From positions 3,090,001-3,122,000 of the forward strand of contig CP178758.1 in the NCBI GenBank assembly GCA_047651235.1: a stretch of 32,000 nucleotides of DNA, given 5' to 3'. The notes under the pieces were generated by a model. The model saw nothing but the letters and a program-made list of their open reading frames with translations, had not been told where the DNA came from and searched no databases. The stretch is from Candidatus Electrothrix yaqonensis (lineage in GTDB: Bacteria > Desulfobacterota > Desulfobulbia > Desulfobulbales > Desulfobulbaceae). Both the position numbers and the translations under genes were made by a program. Below, one piece after another: positions 17,560 to 25,871 of the stretch; position 1 is the first letter of the stretch, and each line of letters begins with the position of its first letter.

Positions 17560-18621
17560 TTATCCGTACATTGCCGCATAGTATTTCCGGTAGGAACCGT
17601 CCATAACCGATTCCATCCATGCCTGATTCTCCAGATACCAAAAAACGGTTTTTTCTATGCCCTGTTCAAAGGTGTATTGCGGCGTCCAGCCCAGTTCCTG
17701 CGCAATTTTGTCCGCATCAATAGCGTAGCGGCGGTCATGGCCGAGGCGGTCTGTGACAAAGGTGATCAGCGATTTTCTGGGAGTGCCTGAAGCCGGGAGA
17801 CCAATTTTGTCATCCAGCATATCGCAGAGCAGCTCCACCACCTGCAGATTGTTTTTTTCATTATGGCCGCCGATGTTATAGGATGCTCCCGGAGTCCCTT
17901 GTTCAACAACCCGGAGCACGGCCTCGCAATGGTCCTGGACATAGAGCCAGTCGCGCACATTGCCGCCGTCGCCGTAGACGGGAAGCTCTTTTTCCTGCAG
18001 CCCGTTGTTGAGCATCAGGGGGATCAGTTTTTCCGGGAACTGATACGGGCCGTAGTTATTGGAGCAGTTGGTGATCAGGACAGGCAGGCTGTAGGTATGA
18101 AAATAGGCCCGCACCAGATGGTCAGAGGATGCCTTGGAAGCGGAATAGGGCGAACGGGGATCGTATGGGGTCTGTTCTGTAAAATAGCCGGTTTCTCCCA
18201 GAGAACCGTAGACTTCATCGGTGCTGACATGGAGAAAACGGCTGCTGCTGCCTGTGCCGCTGTTCAGCCAGTGTTTTCTGGCTGCCTCAAGCAGGGCAAA
18301 AGTGCCGGTGATATTCGTCCGGATGAACTCCGCCGGACCGGTGATGGAGCGATCGACATGGGATTCTGCGGCAAAGTGAACCACCGTATCGATATGCTGT
18401 TCAGTGAACAGCCGGTCAAGCAGTCCGCTATCGCAGATGTCTCCCCGGACAAAACGATAATTCGGGTTTCCGCTGACATCCTCCAGATTCTGCAGATTCC
18501 CGGCATAGGTCAGTTTATCGAGATTGATTACCTGCCAGTTCTTCCGTGTTTCTATAAGCAGGCGGACAAAATTGGTGCCGATGAAACCGCAGCCGCCGGT
18601 GACCAGGACAGTTTTCTCCAT
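17560..18621 (-). CDS. rfbB: dTDP-glucose 4,6-dehydratase
   Basis: 353 aa with VTGGCGFIGTNF, HFAAESHVDRSI, STDEVYG, YSASKASSDHLVRAY and GHDRRYAID. Confidence 0.95.
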   Translation of the reverse strand: MEKTVLVTGGCGFIGTNFVRLLIETRKNWQVINLDKLTYAGNLQNLEDVSGNPNYRFVRGDICDSGLLDRLFTEQHIDTVVHFAAESHVDRSITGPAEFIRTNITGTFALLEAARKHWLNSGTGSSSRFLHVSTDEVYGSLGETGYFTEQTPYDPRSPYSASKASSDHLVRAYFHTYSLPVLITNCSNNYGPYQFPEKLIPLMLNNGLQEKELPVYGDGGNVRDWLYVQDHCEAVLRVVEQGTPGASYNIGGHNEKNNLQVVELLCDMLDDKIGLPASGTPRKSLITFVTDRLGHDRRYAIDADKIAQELGWTPQYTFEQGIEKTVFWYLENQAWMESVMDGSYRKYYAAMYG

Positions 18622-18747
18622 CTTATTTTTTCTTCAGAGTTTTTGTCTTGTTTCCTTTCTGTATAAACCGCAAAAAAAAAGTTCCGTCCGTGTATGTTTT
18701 ATACCGAACGAAACCTTTTTATGATAGCTGCACTCTGCAATATATTC

Positions 18748-18824
18748 TGGTCGGGAAGAGAGGATTCGAACCTCCGACCCCAGCGTCCCGAACGCTGTGC
18801 TCTACCAGACTGAGCCACTTCCCG
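18748..18824 (-). tRNA. tRNA-Pro (anticodon CGG)
   Basis: A 77-nt cloverleaf on the minus strand. Acceptor stem CGGGAAG/CTTCCCG, D arm GCTC-AGTCTGGTA-GAGC, and anticodon stem CAGCG/CGCTG with loop TTCGGGA. T arm GGAGG-TTCGAAT-CCTCT, discriminator A and an encoded CCA. Confidence 0.92.
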
Positions 18825-18963
18825 ACACGAAATTATGCATTGCCGAATCTTTTTTTCTGCCGCCCGTTAGCAGGGCAGCAGCACCGTATACATAATATTC
18901 TCCGGCAATCCTGGCAAGGAAAATTTGCTGAAAGGGTAAAAAACTGAAAATTTTCTTTATCGG

Positions 18964-19239
18964 TTAGTTATTAACAGCTTCGGCGAGCTTACTGCCGGGC
19001 TTGAACTTGGCAACCGTTTTGGCAGCGATTTCCATAGGCTCTCCTGTCTGAGGATTCTTTGCCTGCCGTGCCGCCCGCTTGACTGTAGAAAAGGTGCCGA
19101 ACCCCACCAGGGTGACCTTGTCGCCTTTGGTAAGAGATTCAGTAATGCCCATCAACATGCCGTTGAGTGCTTTTTCTGCCGCTGCTCTGCTGATATCCGC
19201 AGCTTCCGCCATCGCTTCAACCAGTTCTCTTTTGTTCAT
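18964..19239 (-). CDS. hup: Nucleoid protein HU
   Basis: 91 aa with MNKRELVEAMAE...KGDKVTLVGFGTFSTVKRAARQAKNPQTGEPMEIAA, the canonical HU/IHF fold signature. Confidence 0.93.
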   Translation of the reverse strand: MNKRELVEAMAEAADISRAAAEKALNGMLMGITESLTKGDKVTLVGFGTFSTVKRAARQAKNPQTGEPMEIAAKTVAKFKPGSKLAEAVNN

Positions 19240-19400
19240 TCTCCCTTCCCCTCTCTTTTGTGGTACAATTTTTCAGTAAACGGCCCTGCGCACGTCCTTT
19301 GTCTCACATTGACAATGATGTTCAGGGTACAGATGTACTCTGCTTTTGTCAAAGAATTTTTTTTGTTGCTGCAGCAGGACAGCCAGCCTCAACACGGGGT

Positions 19401-19429
19401 ATTAAACCGGATGGCAGCAGTTCTGTCAA
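19401..19429 (-). promoter_or_regulatory. Sigma-70-type promoter candidate for hup
   Basis: The minus strand reads TTGACA (plus 19424-19429), a 17-nt spacer, then TTTAAT (plus 19401-19406). It overlaps the stop codon of the upstream larE-like gene. Confidence 0.4.
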
Positions 19430-20268
19430 CGACCATCTGCGTCAAGATAAATCTTGCTGATCCCCCTGCTTTTCAGCAGCGCAACAACCGTTCTGCCTGC
19501 TGCGCCGTTGTGCAGGCGACAGAGATCCCGCTCCGGAACCTGCACCCTCACAGCGTGCTCCGAGCCGTTGAGCAGCCGTGCCCGGCAGCCTGGAAACCCC
19601 GCCTCTGTTACAATTTGCTCCAGTTTTTCCACCATTGCAAGTCGTTCCGCTGTAATTTCCAGACCGTGTGGGATCCGGGTGGCAAGGCAGGAGGAGGATG
19701 GCTGCGCCCAAGTATCAAGAGACAGTTCCCGGCTCAGCTCCCTGATCTCTCTTTTGCTCAGGCTGCAGTCTACCAGCGGAATGCGGACACCGAGTTCGGC
19801 AAGGGCGCGCAGGCCGGGCCGGCCTGTTTCTCCCTGCCGCAGATCGTCACTGTTGGTGCCGTCCAGTAAAATTGAAATGTCTTCCTGCTGCAGGATATTC
19901 AGAAAGCAGATGTACAGATGGCGCTTGCAGAGATAGCAGCGGTTTGGCGGATTGGCAGTGAACTCCTGCCGGGCAAGTGGATTCAGCGCAATATTCCGCC
20001 ATTGTAGGGCGGCCGGATCATATCCGTGCCGTTCCGGCCAAGATGCCGCCTGTACCTGCTCGTTTTGTTTTTGCAGACAGGACCGGGCATGGAGCACCAT
20101 GACCTTATCCGGCTCCAAGACATCAAGGGAGATCTTCAGCAGAAACGAGGAATCCACCCCGCCGGAAAAGGCCACCCCGACCCGTCTGAAACCGGCCAGT
20201 AGAGAGCGCAGCCGGTCCAGTTTGTTCTGTTGATCCTGCGGATGAACAGGGTTACTTTTCCGGGTCAA
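19426..20268 (-). CDS. larE: LarE-family PP-loop ATP-dependent sulfur transferase (TIGR00268-like)
   Basis: PP-loop VAFSGGVDSSFLL, then LLDGTNSDDL..GRPGLRA, and the LarE-type SSSCLATRIPHG. An extra CYLCK pair gives three Cys, as in the [4Fe-4S]-type LarE homologs. The start is uncertain: TTG 20268 has no SD and overlaps the upstream gene by 17 nt. Confidence 0.75.
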   Translation of the reverse strand: MTRKSNPVHPQDQQNKLDRLRSLLAGFRRVGVAFSGGVDSSFLLKISLDVLEPDKVMVLHARSCLQKQNEQVQAASWPERHGYDPAALQWRNIALNPLARQEFTANPPNRCYLCKRHLYICFLNILQQEDISILLDGTNSDDLRQGETGRPGLRALAELGVRIPLVDCSLSKREIRELSRELSLDTWAQPSSSCLATRIPHGLEITAERLAMVEKLEQIVTEAGFPGCRARLLNGSEHAVRVQVPERDLCRLHNGAAGRTVVALLKSRGISKIYLDADGR

Positions 20269-21463
20269 AGGAGAAATCAGCTGTCGGAAAATAATCCACA
20301 GGTTCGCCGAGCAGGAATTTGCCGTTCTGAATCCAGTCTTTCAGAACGGCAGCGATCTTTCGTGCCCCAGGCAGCGAAGACAGAGGTGCAGTGGGTACTT
20401 TTTTTCCGGCCACTTCGATTTCGCCGCTCCGCAGCTCAGCATAGCTGACCTTACCGTAATGACGGGCAATGCAGTTGGTATAGTCATGCCCGTAGTCCAC
20501 CACATGGGTAAAAATTTCCTCATCCGAAACCCCGGTAAAACGGGCTATCTCTTCGTTGAGGATAGGAATGGGAACGCCCAGTCCCACGGCCAGCGAGCAG
20601 CCGTAGCCCCGCAGGCTGACTCCCCGCAGCCAGTCAGGCGACATCTGCTTGAGATCACCCTGCACCATCATGGTCCCTGCCGGTCTGATCGGCACACCGT
20701 TATCACCGCGCGGTGCTCCGGGATTATGCTGGGTTCCGTGAAAGGTCACATAACCCACCCCGCCGCCGAGGAAGATGCGAGTGCCGATACCGATCGTGCG
20801 GTAGAGCGGGTCGTTCAGCAGCGGACTGAGCTGGCCGGCACTGCAGTAGTTGGCATTGCGGCAATTGGGCTTCAGCGTGCCCATATAAGTATAGACGATC
20901 TTATCGGACAGATTGACCGCACAGTTATAATTCTGGTAGCCGTTGCGCGGGTTGCAGAGCAGAGCATAGGTCATATCGTCCAAGGTCATTTCCCGTTTGC
21001 ACTTGGTATTAGCATAGCAGTCCGTGGGATAGGCCTTGGCTTCCAGCAGCACCTTTTTTCCGGCCACCAGATCTTCAATAATATGGCCTCCACCGTAACG
21101 GAATTCTCCCGGATACACCTGATTCAGCGGATCATCCTCTGCCGGTTCAGTTGCGCCGAGGTAAATATCAATGGCAGCCACTCCGGCATAGGCAGAGACT
21201 TTGTTGATCCAGACCTTCTGGGCCTTGATCGTCGGGTTGGTCTGGCCGAAGTTGAAAAATGCACCGGATGAGCACATGGTGGAGAACGTGCCTGTGGTCA
21301 CCACATCAATCCGGCGGGCCGCTTCCACCGGGCCTTCCTCTCGGACAATATCCACCATTTCATCGGCCGTGACCACCACGGCCTCGCCCGCCCTGATCCG
21401 GGCATTGATTTCCGCATAGGTTTTATTTATTTCAAACTCCCCGCCCTGTTTCGGTTCGCTCAT
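20252..21463 (-). CDS. COG1900/DUF39 homocysteine-biosynthesis-type protein
   Basis: The 403-aa protein begins ...INKTYAEINARIRAGEAVVVTADEMVDIV...IDVVTTGTFSTMCSSGAFFNFG. This is characteristic of the COG1900 family implicated in sulfide-dependent homocysteine formation in methanogens and some anaerobic bacteria. Confidence 0.75.
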   Translation of the reverse strand: MSEPKQGGEFEINKTYAEINARIRAGEAVVVTADEMVDIVREEGPVEAARRIDVVTTGTFSTMCSSGAFFNFGQTNPTIKAQKVWINKVSAYAGVAAIDIYLGATEPAEDDPLNQVYPGEFRYGGGHIIEDLVAGKKVLLEAKAYPTDCYANTKCKREMTLDDMTYALLCNPRNGYQNYNCAVNLSDKIVYTYMGTLKPNCRNANYCSAGQLSPLLNDPLYRTIGIGTRIFLGGGVGYVTFHGTQHNPGAPRGDNGVPIRPAGTMMVQGDLKQMSPDWLRGVSLRGYGCSLAVGLGVPIPILNEEIARFTGVSDEEIFTHVVDYGHDYTNCIARHYGKVSYAELRSGEIEVAGKKVPTAPLSSLPGARKIAAVLKDWIQNGKFLLGEPVDYFPTADFSFDPEK

Positions 21464-21661
21464 TCCTCTATCCTCTGTGTTGATTTTCAGGCCCGTCTCA
21501 AAAGAAAATTATAGCATAACGACTTTACTATACATAAACCCGGCCTTGTACGCCAACCGTTTTCCCTGAGTGGCGGACGATTTTGGGCACGATTTCACCC
21601 GCAGCTTAGAGAAGGAACAGGATATTCTCCGTATTTCTGTGCTCTGTGTGAGTATAAAACA

Positions 21662-22225
21662 TCACCAGATTCTCACCTGACCTGTGTCAATGTGGACAAA
21701 ATCGGAGTCAGCATAATAGCCCACACCGCCGGACTGGAACGAAACAGCACAGTCCCGGACAAGGCGGGTGTTCTGTCCGCTCAGGCGGACATCCACGGCC
21801 ATGCCCTTCATGTGCAGGCTGCGTTTCGCAACCCCTTTGCTCCTGCTGCGCAACTTTTGGTTCGTCTCAGGGGAGCGATAACCAGAAACGATCTCATAGG
21901 GATCGGTGCAGCCCATCTCCTGCTGCACTGCCCAGAGGATATCCAGCAGGGTCGGATCAATGGGGTGGACTTCCGATGTACGGAAATCTCTGAGATATGT
22001 ATTGATCCGCTGCAGAGCGGTCGGATCGTATCCCTTGGCGTTTGCATAGGTGATCGTAAGGCATTCGTGCGTATGGGTATGATAGAATGACAGCGTTCTG
22101 GATTCCGTTCTGGATTCGCTGCTCTGCCCGGTGAGCCGGGAAAGAGCCCATGCCGGAGCGGCCTGAGCCAGAGCAAGCCCGACAGCTGCTTTAGCTCCTA
22201 AGAGCAGAAATGTACGACGTTTCAT
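21662..22225 (-). CDS. YcbK/MepK-like DUF882 peptidase (M15 family), Tat-exported
   Basis: Twin-arginine signal MKRRTFLLLGAKAAVGLALAQAAPAWA. Then ISGYRSPETN...SLHMKGMAVDVRL...GGVGYY..SDFVHIDTG, typical of DUF882 murein endopeptidases. Confidence 0.8.
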   Translation of the reverse strand: MKRRTFLLLGAKAAVGLALAQAAPAWALSRLTGQSSESRTESRTLSFYHTHTHECLTITYANAKGYDPTALQRINTYLRDFRTSEVHPIDPTLLDILWAVQQEMGCTDPYEIVSGYRSPETNQKLRSRSKGVAKRSLHMKGMAVDVRLSGQNTRLVRDCAVSFQSGGVGYYADSDFVHIDTGQVRIW

Positions 22226-22389
22226 GATTCCCTCTCCTGAAGTTGCTTTTTGCGGAGATTACTCAGGTGCAGGAGCGGAATTCGGCGTCAATCTCCTTGA
22301 AGACTCCCGCCCTCGGTCTGCTGATACTTATTCAGCGATAATCAGCGATTATACCGAGGGCGTATCCTCTCCTGTTGTCCTGACGGGAA

Positions 22390-23586
22390 TCAGAGACGGG
22401 CTACAGCGACCAACTGCTGCCGTCCGTTGCCGAACGGCGGATAGCTGGTTCTGGTCGGTGTGCGTTTATGCCAGTTGGTTATGGAAGCCGGTGTTTTGCC
22501 CTTTCTGCCGTGGCCGTGGAACAGTTCATAATGCACTACTTGACCTGATTTATTTTTATGCACCTTGACCACCACTCCGAGATGGGCGATTCCTTTCCGT
22601 GGTGTCAGCAGATCGTCAACGGAAAAATCCTTGTACACGGAACCGTTTCTGCCGAAAAACAGAACAGATCCCGGCTTGAGCAAATCAGTGCTTTCCGCAG
22701 CATTTCTGATAAGCTGCAATTTCCCGCGTTCATGATACCAGCGGGCGAGTGCTCTGGAATCCCGATATTTTGCAACAGATGGAAATTCTTTTGCCGGACA
22801 TTGATTTTTCAGCCCCATCAGAACACGATGAAAAATTCCGGAGCAATCTGTCAGCGGTTCGGTTGCGTACAGAAGCGATTTTTTCTCCAATTCCGTGACG
22901 ACTTCACGGAGCGGAGCTGCTACATCACCCACCCAGCACTGCTTCGAATAAGGCACGGGAGCGGCTTCAGGCGGAAGTGCTGCAGGTAGCTCAACAGCAA
23001 GCGGCAGTTCCGACGTTGAAGTGAGTTTATCACTGGGAGCGGGCCGGACGAAGTCTGTTTTATCAGCATTCATCGCCTGCCGCAGTACCGGAGCAGCAGT
23101 GTCTCCTCCGATGGTAAGGGGTTCTTTTTTCTGAAGTACGATCCCGGTTTGATCGACAGGCGGGCTTTCGTGTTTTACCTGCGGATCGTTGATTTTTTCT
23201 TCACGTAATGGGGTTGCGACACCGCCCACTGGGCACTGCACCCGGCACTGCGTCGGATGAGGCACAGGAACGGTTGCAGACGGAAGCGCAGCAGACGGCG
23301 GTTCCGATGTTGAAGTGAGATTGTCAAAGGAAGCAGGACGAACGAAGTCTGTTTTATCAGCATTCATCGCCTGCCGCAGTACCGGAGCAACAGTGTGTCC
23401 TCCGGTGGTAAGGGGTTCTTCTTTCTGAAGTACGATCTCGGTTGGGACGACAGGTAAGTTTCCGAATCTTACCTGCAGGTCGTTGATCTTTTCATTGCCG
23501 CACCCGGCAAGGGTGGCAGCAACAAGAAAAGCACCGGTCAGCGCAGTCAGTCCTTTGTGTTGATGCAATCCTCCTGTCGTTTTCAT
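22390..23586 (-). CDS. NlpC/P60-type lipoprotein with two N-terminal ~98-aa repeats
   Basis: Lipobox LAGC at residues 26-29. The C-terminal domain has TDCSGIFHRVL (catalytic Cys), KPGSVLFF and IAHLGVVV (His), the NlpC/P60 pattern. The N-terminal half is a tandem duplication. Confidence 0.7.
   Translation of the reverse strand: MKTTGGLHQHKGLTALTGAFLVAATLAGCGNEKINDLQVRFGNLPVVPTEIVLQKEEPLTTGGHTVAPVLRQAMNADKTDFVRPASFDNLTSTSEPPSAALPSATVPVPHPTQCRVQCPVGGVATPLREEKINDPQVKHESPPVDQTGIVLQKKEPLTIGGDTAAPVLRQAMNADKTDFVRPAPSDKLTSTSELPLAVELPAALPPEAAPVPYSKQCWVGDVAAPLREVVTELEKKSLLYATEPLTDCSGIFHRVLMGLKNQCPAKEFPSVAKYRDSRALARWYHERGKLQLIRNAAESTDLLKPGSVLFFGRNGSVYKDFSVDDLLTPRKGIAHLGVVVKVHKNKSGQVVHYELFHGHGRKGKTPASITNWHKRTPTRTSYPPFGNGRQQLVAVARL
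22903..23493 (-). repeat. Intragenic tandem duplication (2 x ~294 bp) in the NlpC/P60 lipoprotein gene
   Basis: Protein residues 32-129 and 130-228 align end to end (EKIND.QV...IVLQK.EPLT.GG.T.APVLRQAMNADKTDFVRPA....LTSTSE...PLRE). At DNA level, for example, 23051-23125 is nearly identical to 23345-23420. Confidence 0.9.
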
Positions 23587-23777
23587 GACATTCCTCCTGG
23601 TATTTGCAGAAGCAGGCGGCCCGGCTGTCTCCCCTTCGGAGACCCGTGGCTTTCCGACACCGCCTCACGACGGTTGTGGCTTTATTCAAGTTTCTCGAGC
23701 CGAAATCTTTATTCGACTCTGACCAGAAAGCTTTGTACCCGCTATTAAAGAGCATTTTTGCTTACTTACAGTATTTT

Positions 23778-23794
23778 ATGCATATATCGTGCCA
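23778..23794 (-). promoter_or_regulatory. Sigma-54 (-24/-12) promoter upstream of the NlpC/P60 lipoprotein gene
   Basis: The minus strand reads TGGCACGATATATGCAT, with GG/GC at exact consensus spacing, about 190 nt upstream of ATG 23586. Two GGTACAATT direct repeats (23830-23838 and 23851-23859, 21-bp period) lie upstream of it. Confidence 0.65.
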
Positions 23795-24060
23795 TATGTC
23801 AGAATGACAACTGAGCTACTAAAGTTTATGGTACAATTTTTAAAACCTGCGGTACAATTATCAAGCTGTTTTATTTGTGATTAATAAAGAAATAATTATT
23901 CCTTACTGCAATATTGTATCGTCATGTTTTCTGGAGGGCTATATAATTGATGCTGCAATGATTCATTATGAAGTGACAAAAAAGGGAAAGGAAGGAACAA
24001 TAAACGGCAGGATGTAACGTTACAGGGGGATGCTGAAACACTCTCCGGAGTTGTCTGCCA

Positions 24061-24525
24061 TCAGATTACAGCAGTACCGAAAATCATCCGGTTGTTCTCG
24101 TAAAATTCCAGTACAGCTGCTAGTGACGGAAGAACAAAATAATGGACCTGATTCTCCTCGACTGCATGCAGCCCGATATGCCGGTGGCCGCTGAGAACAA
24201 CCGGTGCCGTCTGAGCGTGTTTTGCCAGCAGTTTTTTGACTTCGGCGTCATTATCGATGCAGAACCACTGCTTCGGGCCGCCTGCTGCTTCATCCGGCGA
24301 CCAGCGGATCACATTATGGTGCATAAAAAGAAGATGCAGCTGGTCGGCATGAGCGGTCAGTTCCCGGTCAAGCCATTGCAGCTGTTCTTCAGGAGGGATG
24401 CCGCCCCATTTTTCCTTCTCTTCCGGCAGGCAGGCATCCAGCCCGATGAACCGCAGGCCGGGCTGAATCTGCCGGGCATAATAGAGTTGTTCCTGAATAG
24501 CTTTCTGGTTCCCAAAAACAACCAC
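24061..24525 (-). pseudogene. Metallophosphoesterase, C-terminal fragment
   Basis: Begins at calcineurin-like motif III (VVFGNQ) and carries LLFMHHN and VLSGHRHIG. A TAA lies immediately upstream in frame. The N-terminal part of the same gene is at 25478-25768. Confidence 0.7.
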
Positions 24526-24563
24526 TTAAAAAACGAAAAATGGGTCTGTAAGTTTATATGGGA

Positions 24564-25322
24564 ACCAGGGCTGTTCAATTCTATAAGAGCTTGTATTTTC
24601 AAGACGTATGCAGTAATTGATACAGAAAAACTTTACACGAGGATTCTGCATGCTGTTTTTTTGCTGAACACAATCAAAGATCATCGACGCGGGCAGGGCC
24701 GGCGATATGAGCTTACGCATATTCTTCTGTTTTCGATCATGGCGATCCTGAGCGGTTCGGATTCTTATCGCAAAATCCATCTGTTCGTTGATGCGCATCG
24801 TGAAAGGCTCAATGAATATTTCGGCCTGGACTGGAAAAAAGCTCCTGCATATACAACGATCCGCACTGTCATTCTGAATACTTCCGGTTCGGAACTTGAG
24901 CGGATTTTCAGGGAGCACGGCAAAGCTCTCGCGGAAGAGGAACCGGACGGAGAATTTATTCATTGCGACGGCAAAACTCTCCGGGGAAGTTTCGATAACA
25001 TGAAGGATATTAATCAGCTTCAGATATTGAGTGCTTTTGCTGGCGACCGCGCCGTCGTTCTCGGCCATGAAGAAATCAGGGAGAAAAGCAATGAAATCCC
25101 GGCGGCGCGGAAACTGATGAAAGAACTCGGTTTATCCGACCGCATTTGACCGCTCCCGAATTCGTTGCAATCCGCACATATTTGCGAAACTGAGAAGCTT
25201 CGCTCTCAATATTCTTCGTAAGAACAAGGTGAAAAATGTCAGCCGGGAGCTTTTCAGGAACTGTATGGATATAAATCGTCTGTTTGATTACGCCGGGATT
25301 TTTTAGAATTGAACAGCCCTGG
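24564..25322 (+). mobile_element. ISAs1-family IS remnant (759 bp) with intact 18-bp inverted repeats but the DDE core deleted
   Basis: Perfect terminal IRs: CCAGGGCTGTTCAATTCT (24564-24581) and its reverse complement (25305-25322). The N-terminal transposase part (...IKDHRRGQGRRYELTHILLFSIMAILSGSDSY...HCDGKTLRGSFD...LSAFAGDRAVVLGHEEIREKSNEIPAARKLM) stops at 25147-25149. The C-terminal tail (...FAKLRSFALNILRKNK...) continues in another frame to TAG 25303-25305. The catalytic D, D and E regions are missing, and there is no flanking target-site duplication. Confidence 0.8.
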
Positions 25323-25480
25323 CTCTACAGCGGCACTGAGGCGGATGAGGAGACGGTCCGGGCCGTGTGCGAGCGACTGGACGGCTGGCCTCTGGCCCTG
25401 CGGCTTGCCGTCCAGTATCTCCGCAATACGGGCGAAAGAGCGGCAGAGTATTTGCGCTTTCTCTCTGAGGCACCGTTTCA
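25323..25480 (+). pseudogene. Fragment of an NB-ARC/STAND NTPase gene
   Basis: The translation EETVRAVCERLDGWPLALRLAVQYLRNTGERAAEYLRFL contains the GxPLAL motif region of NB-ARC domains. It has no start and no Walker motifs, and it is bounded by the IS end on one side and the phosphoesterase fragment on the other. Confidence 0.5.
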
Positions 25481-25768
25481 ACGGCTGGGCAGCAGATCAC
25501 CAAGGACAAAGACAAGGGCGAGGTTGTCTTCCCGGTTCAGGTCGGCCACAGTCCGTTGCAGGCATTCTGTGCTGAGCGCACTCATTTTGAAGCCGTTTTC
25601 CCCCTGTATATCGATATGCAGATCAGAGATAACCGCAAATCTCACCGGGCTGAAGGGCGTGCGCGCCGGAGCGGCAAAGGTTCTTGTACCGAAGGGCAGG
25701 GCGGTGCTGAGCAGAGATGCCGCCCCTAATTTAAGCAGATTTATTCTTGAAAAAACAGTTGTTCGCAT
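25478..25768 (-). pseudogene. Metallophosphoesterase, N-terminal fragment with signal peptide
   Basis: Signal MRTTVFSRINLLKLGAASLLSTALPFG, motif I FAVISDLHI and motif II VFVLGDLL, then the frame runs into unrelated sequence and stops. Confidence 0.7.
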
Positions 25769-25871
25769 GACTTTTTACTCTTGGTTTCACCGGCCATCTT
25801 GTATTGCGGAAGATCCGGCCCAAAAGATACCGTGCATGAACGACGCAATATACACGAATTTTCATATAATC

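Noticed and set aside
17863-18666. A long (267-aa) plus-strand ORF. Similar long ORFs occur at 20459-21271, 10729-11316, 3387-4052 and 7350-7982.
   Set aside because: All lie antisense to genes with unmistakable homology (rfbB, COG1900, M23 peptidase, radical SAM, panE). Their translations are low-complexity and Arg/Ala/Gly/Pro-rich, as expected for shadow ORFs.
19261-19273. The 13-mer TGGTACAATTTTT is shared between the hup 5' region and 23829-23841. I considered it as a sigma-54 promoter or a shared operator.
   Set aside because: There is no GC at the -12 position, so it is not a sigma-54 promoter. One or more exact 13-mer matches are expected by chance in 32 kb when both strands are compared (on the order of 10).
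21464-21661. I looked for a SAM (S-box) or SAH riboswitch upstream of the COG1900 homocysteine-synthesis gene.
   Set aside because: I could not find any S-box-like conserved core. A TATAAT lies only about 45 nt from the ATG, leaving no room for an aptamer.
24142-25149. A 335-aa plus-strand ORF from the ORF track.
   Set aside because: It is a chimera. The first ~150 codons are antisense to the phosphoesterase C-terminal fragment, and only the part after about 24613 is transposase-like. It is not one gene.
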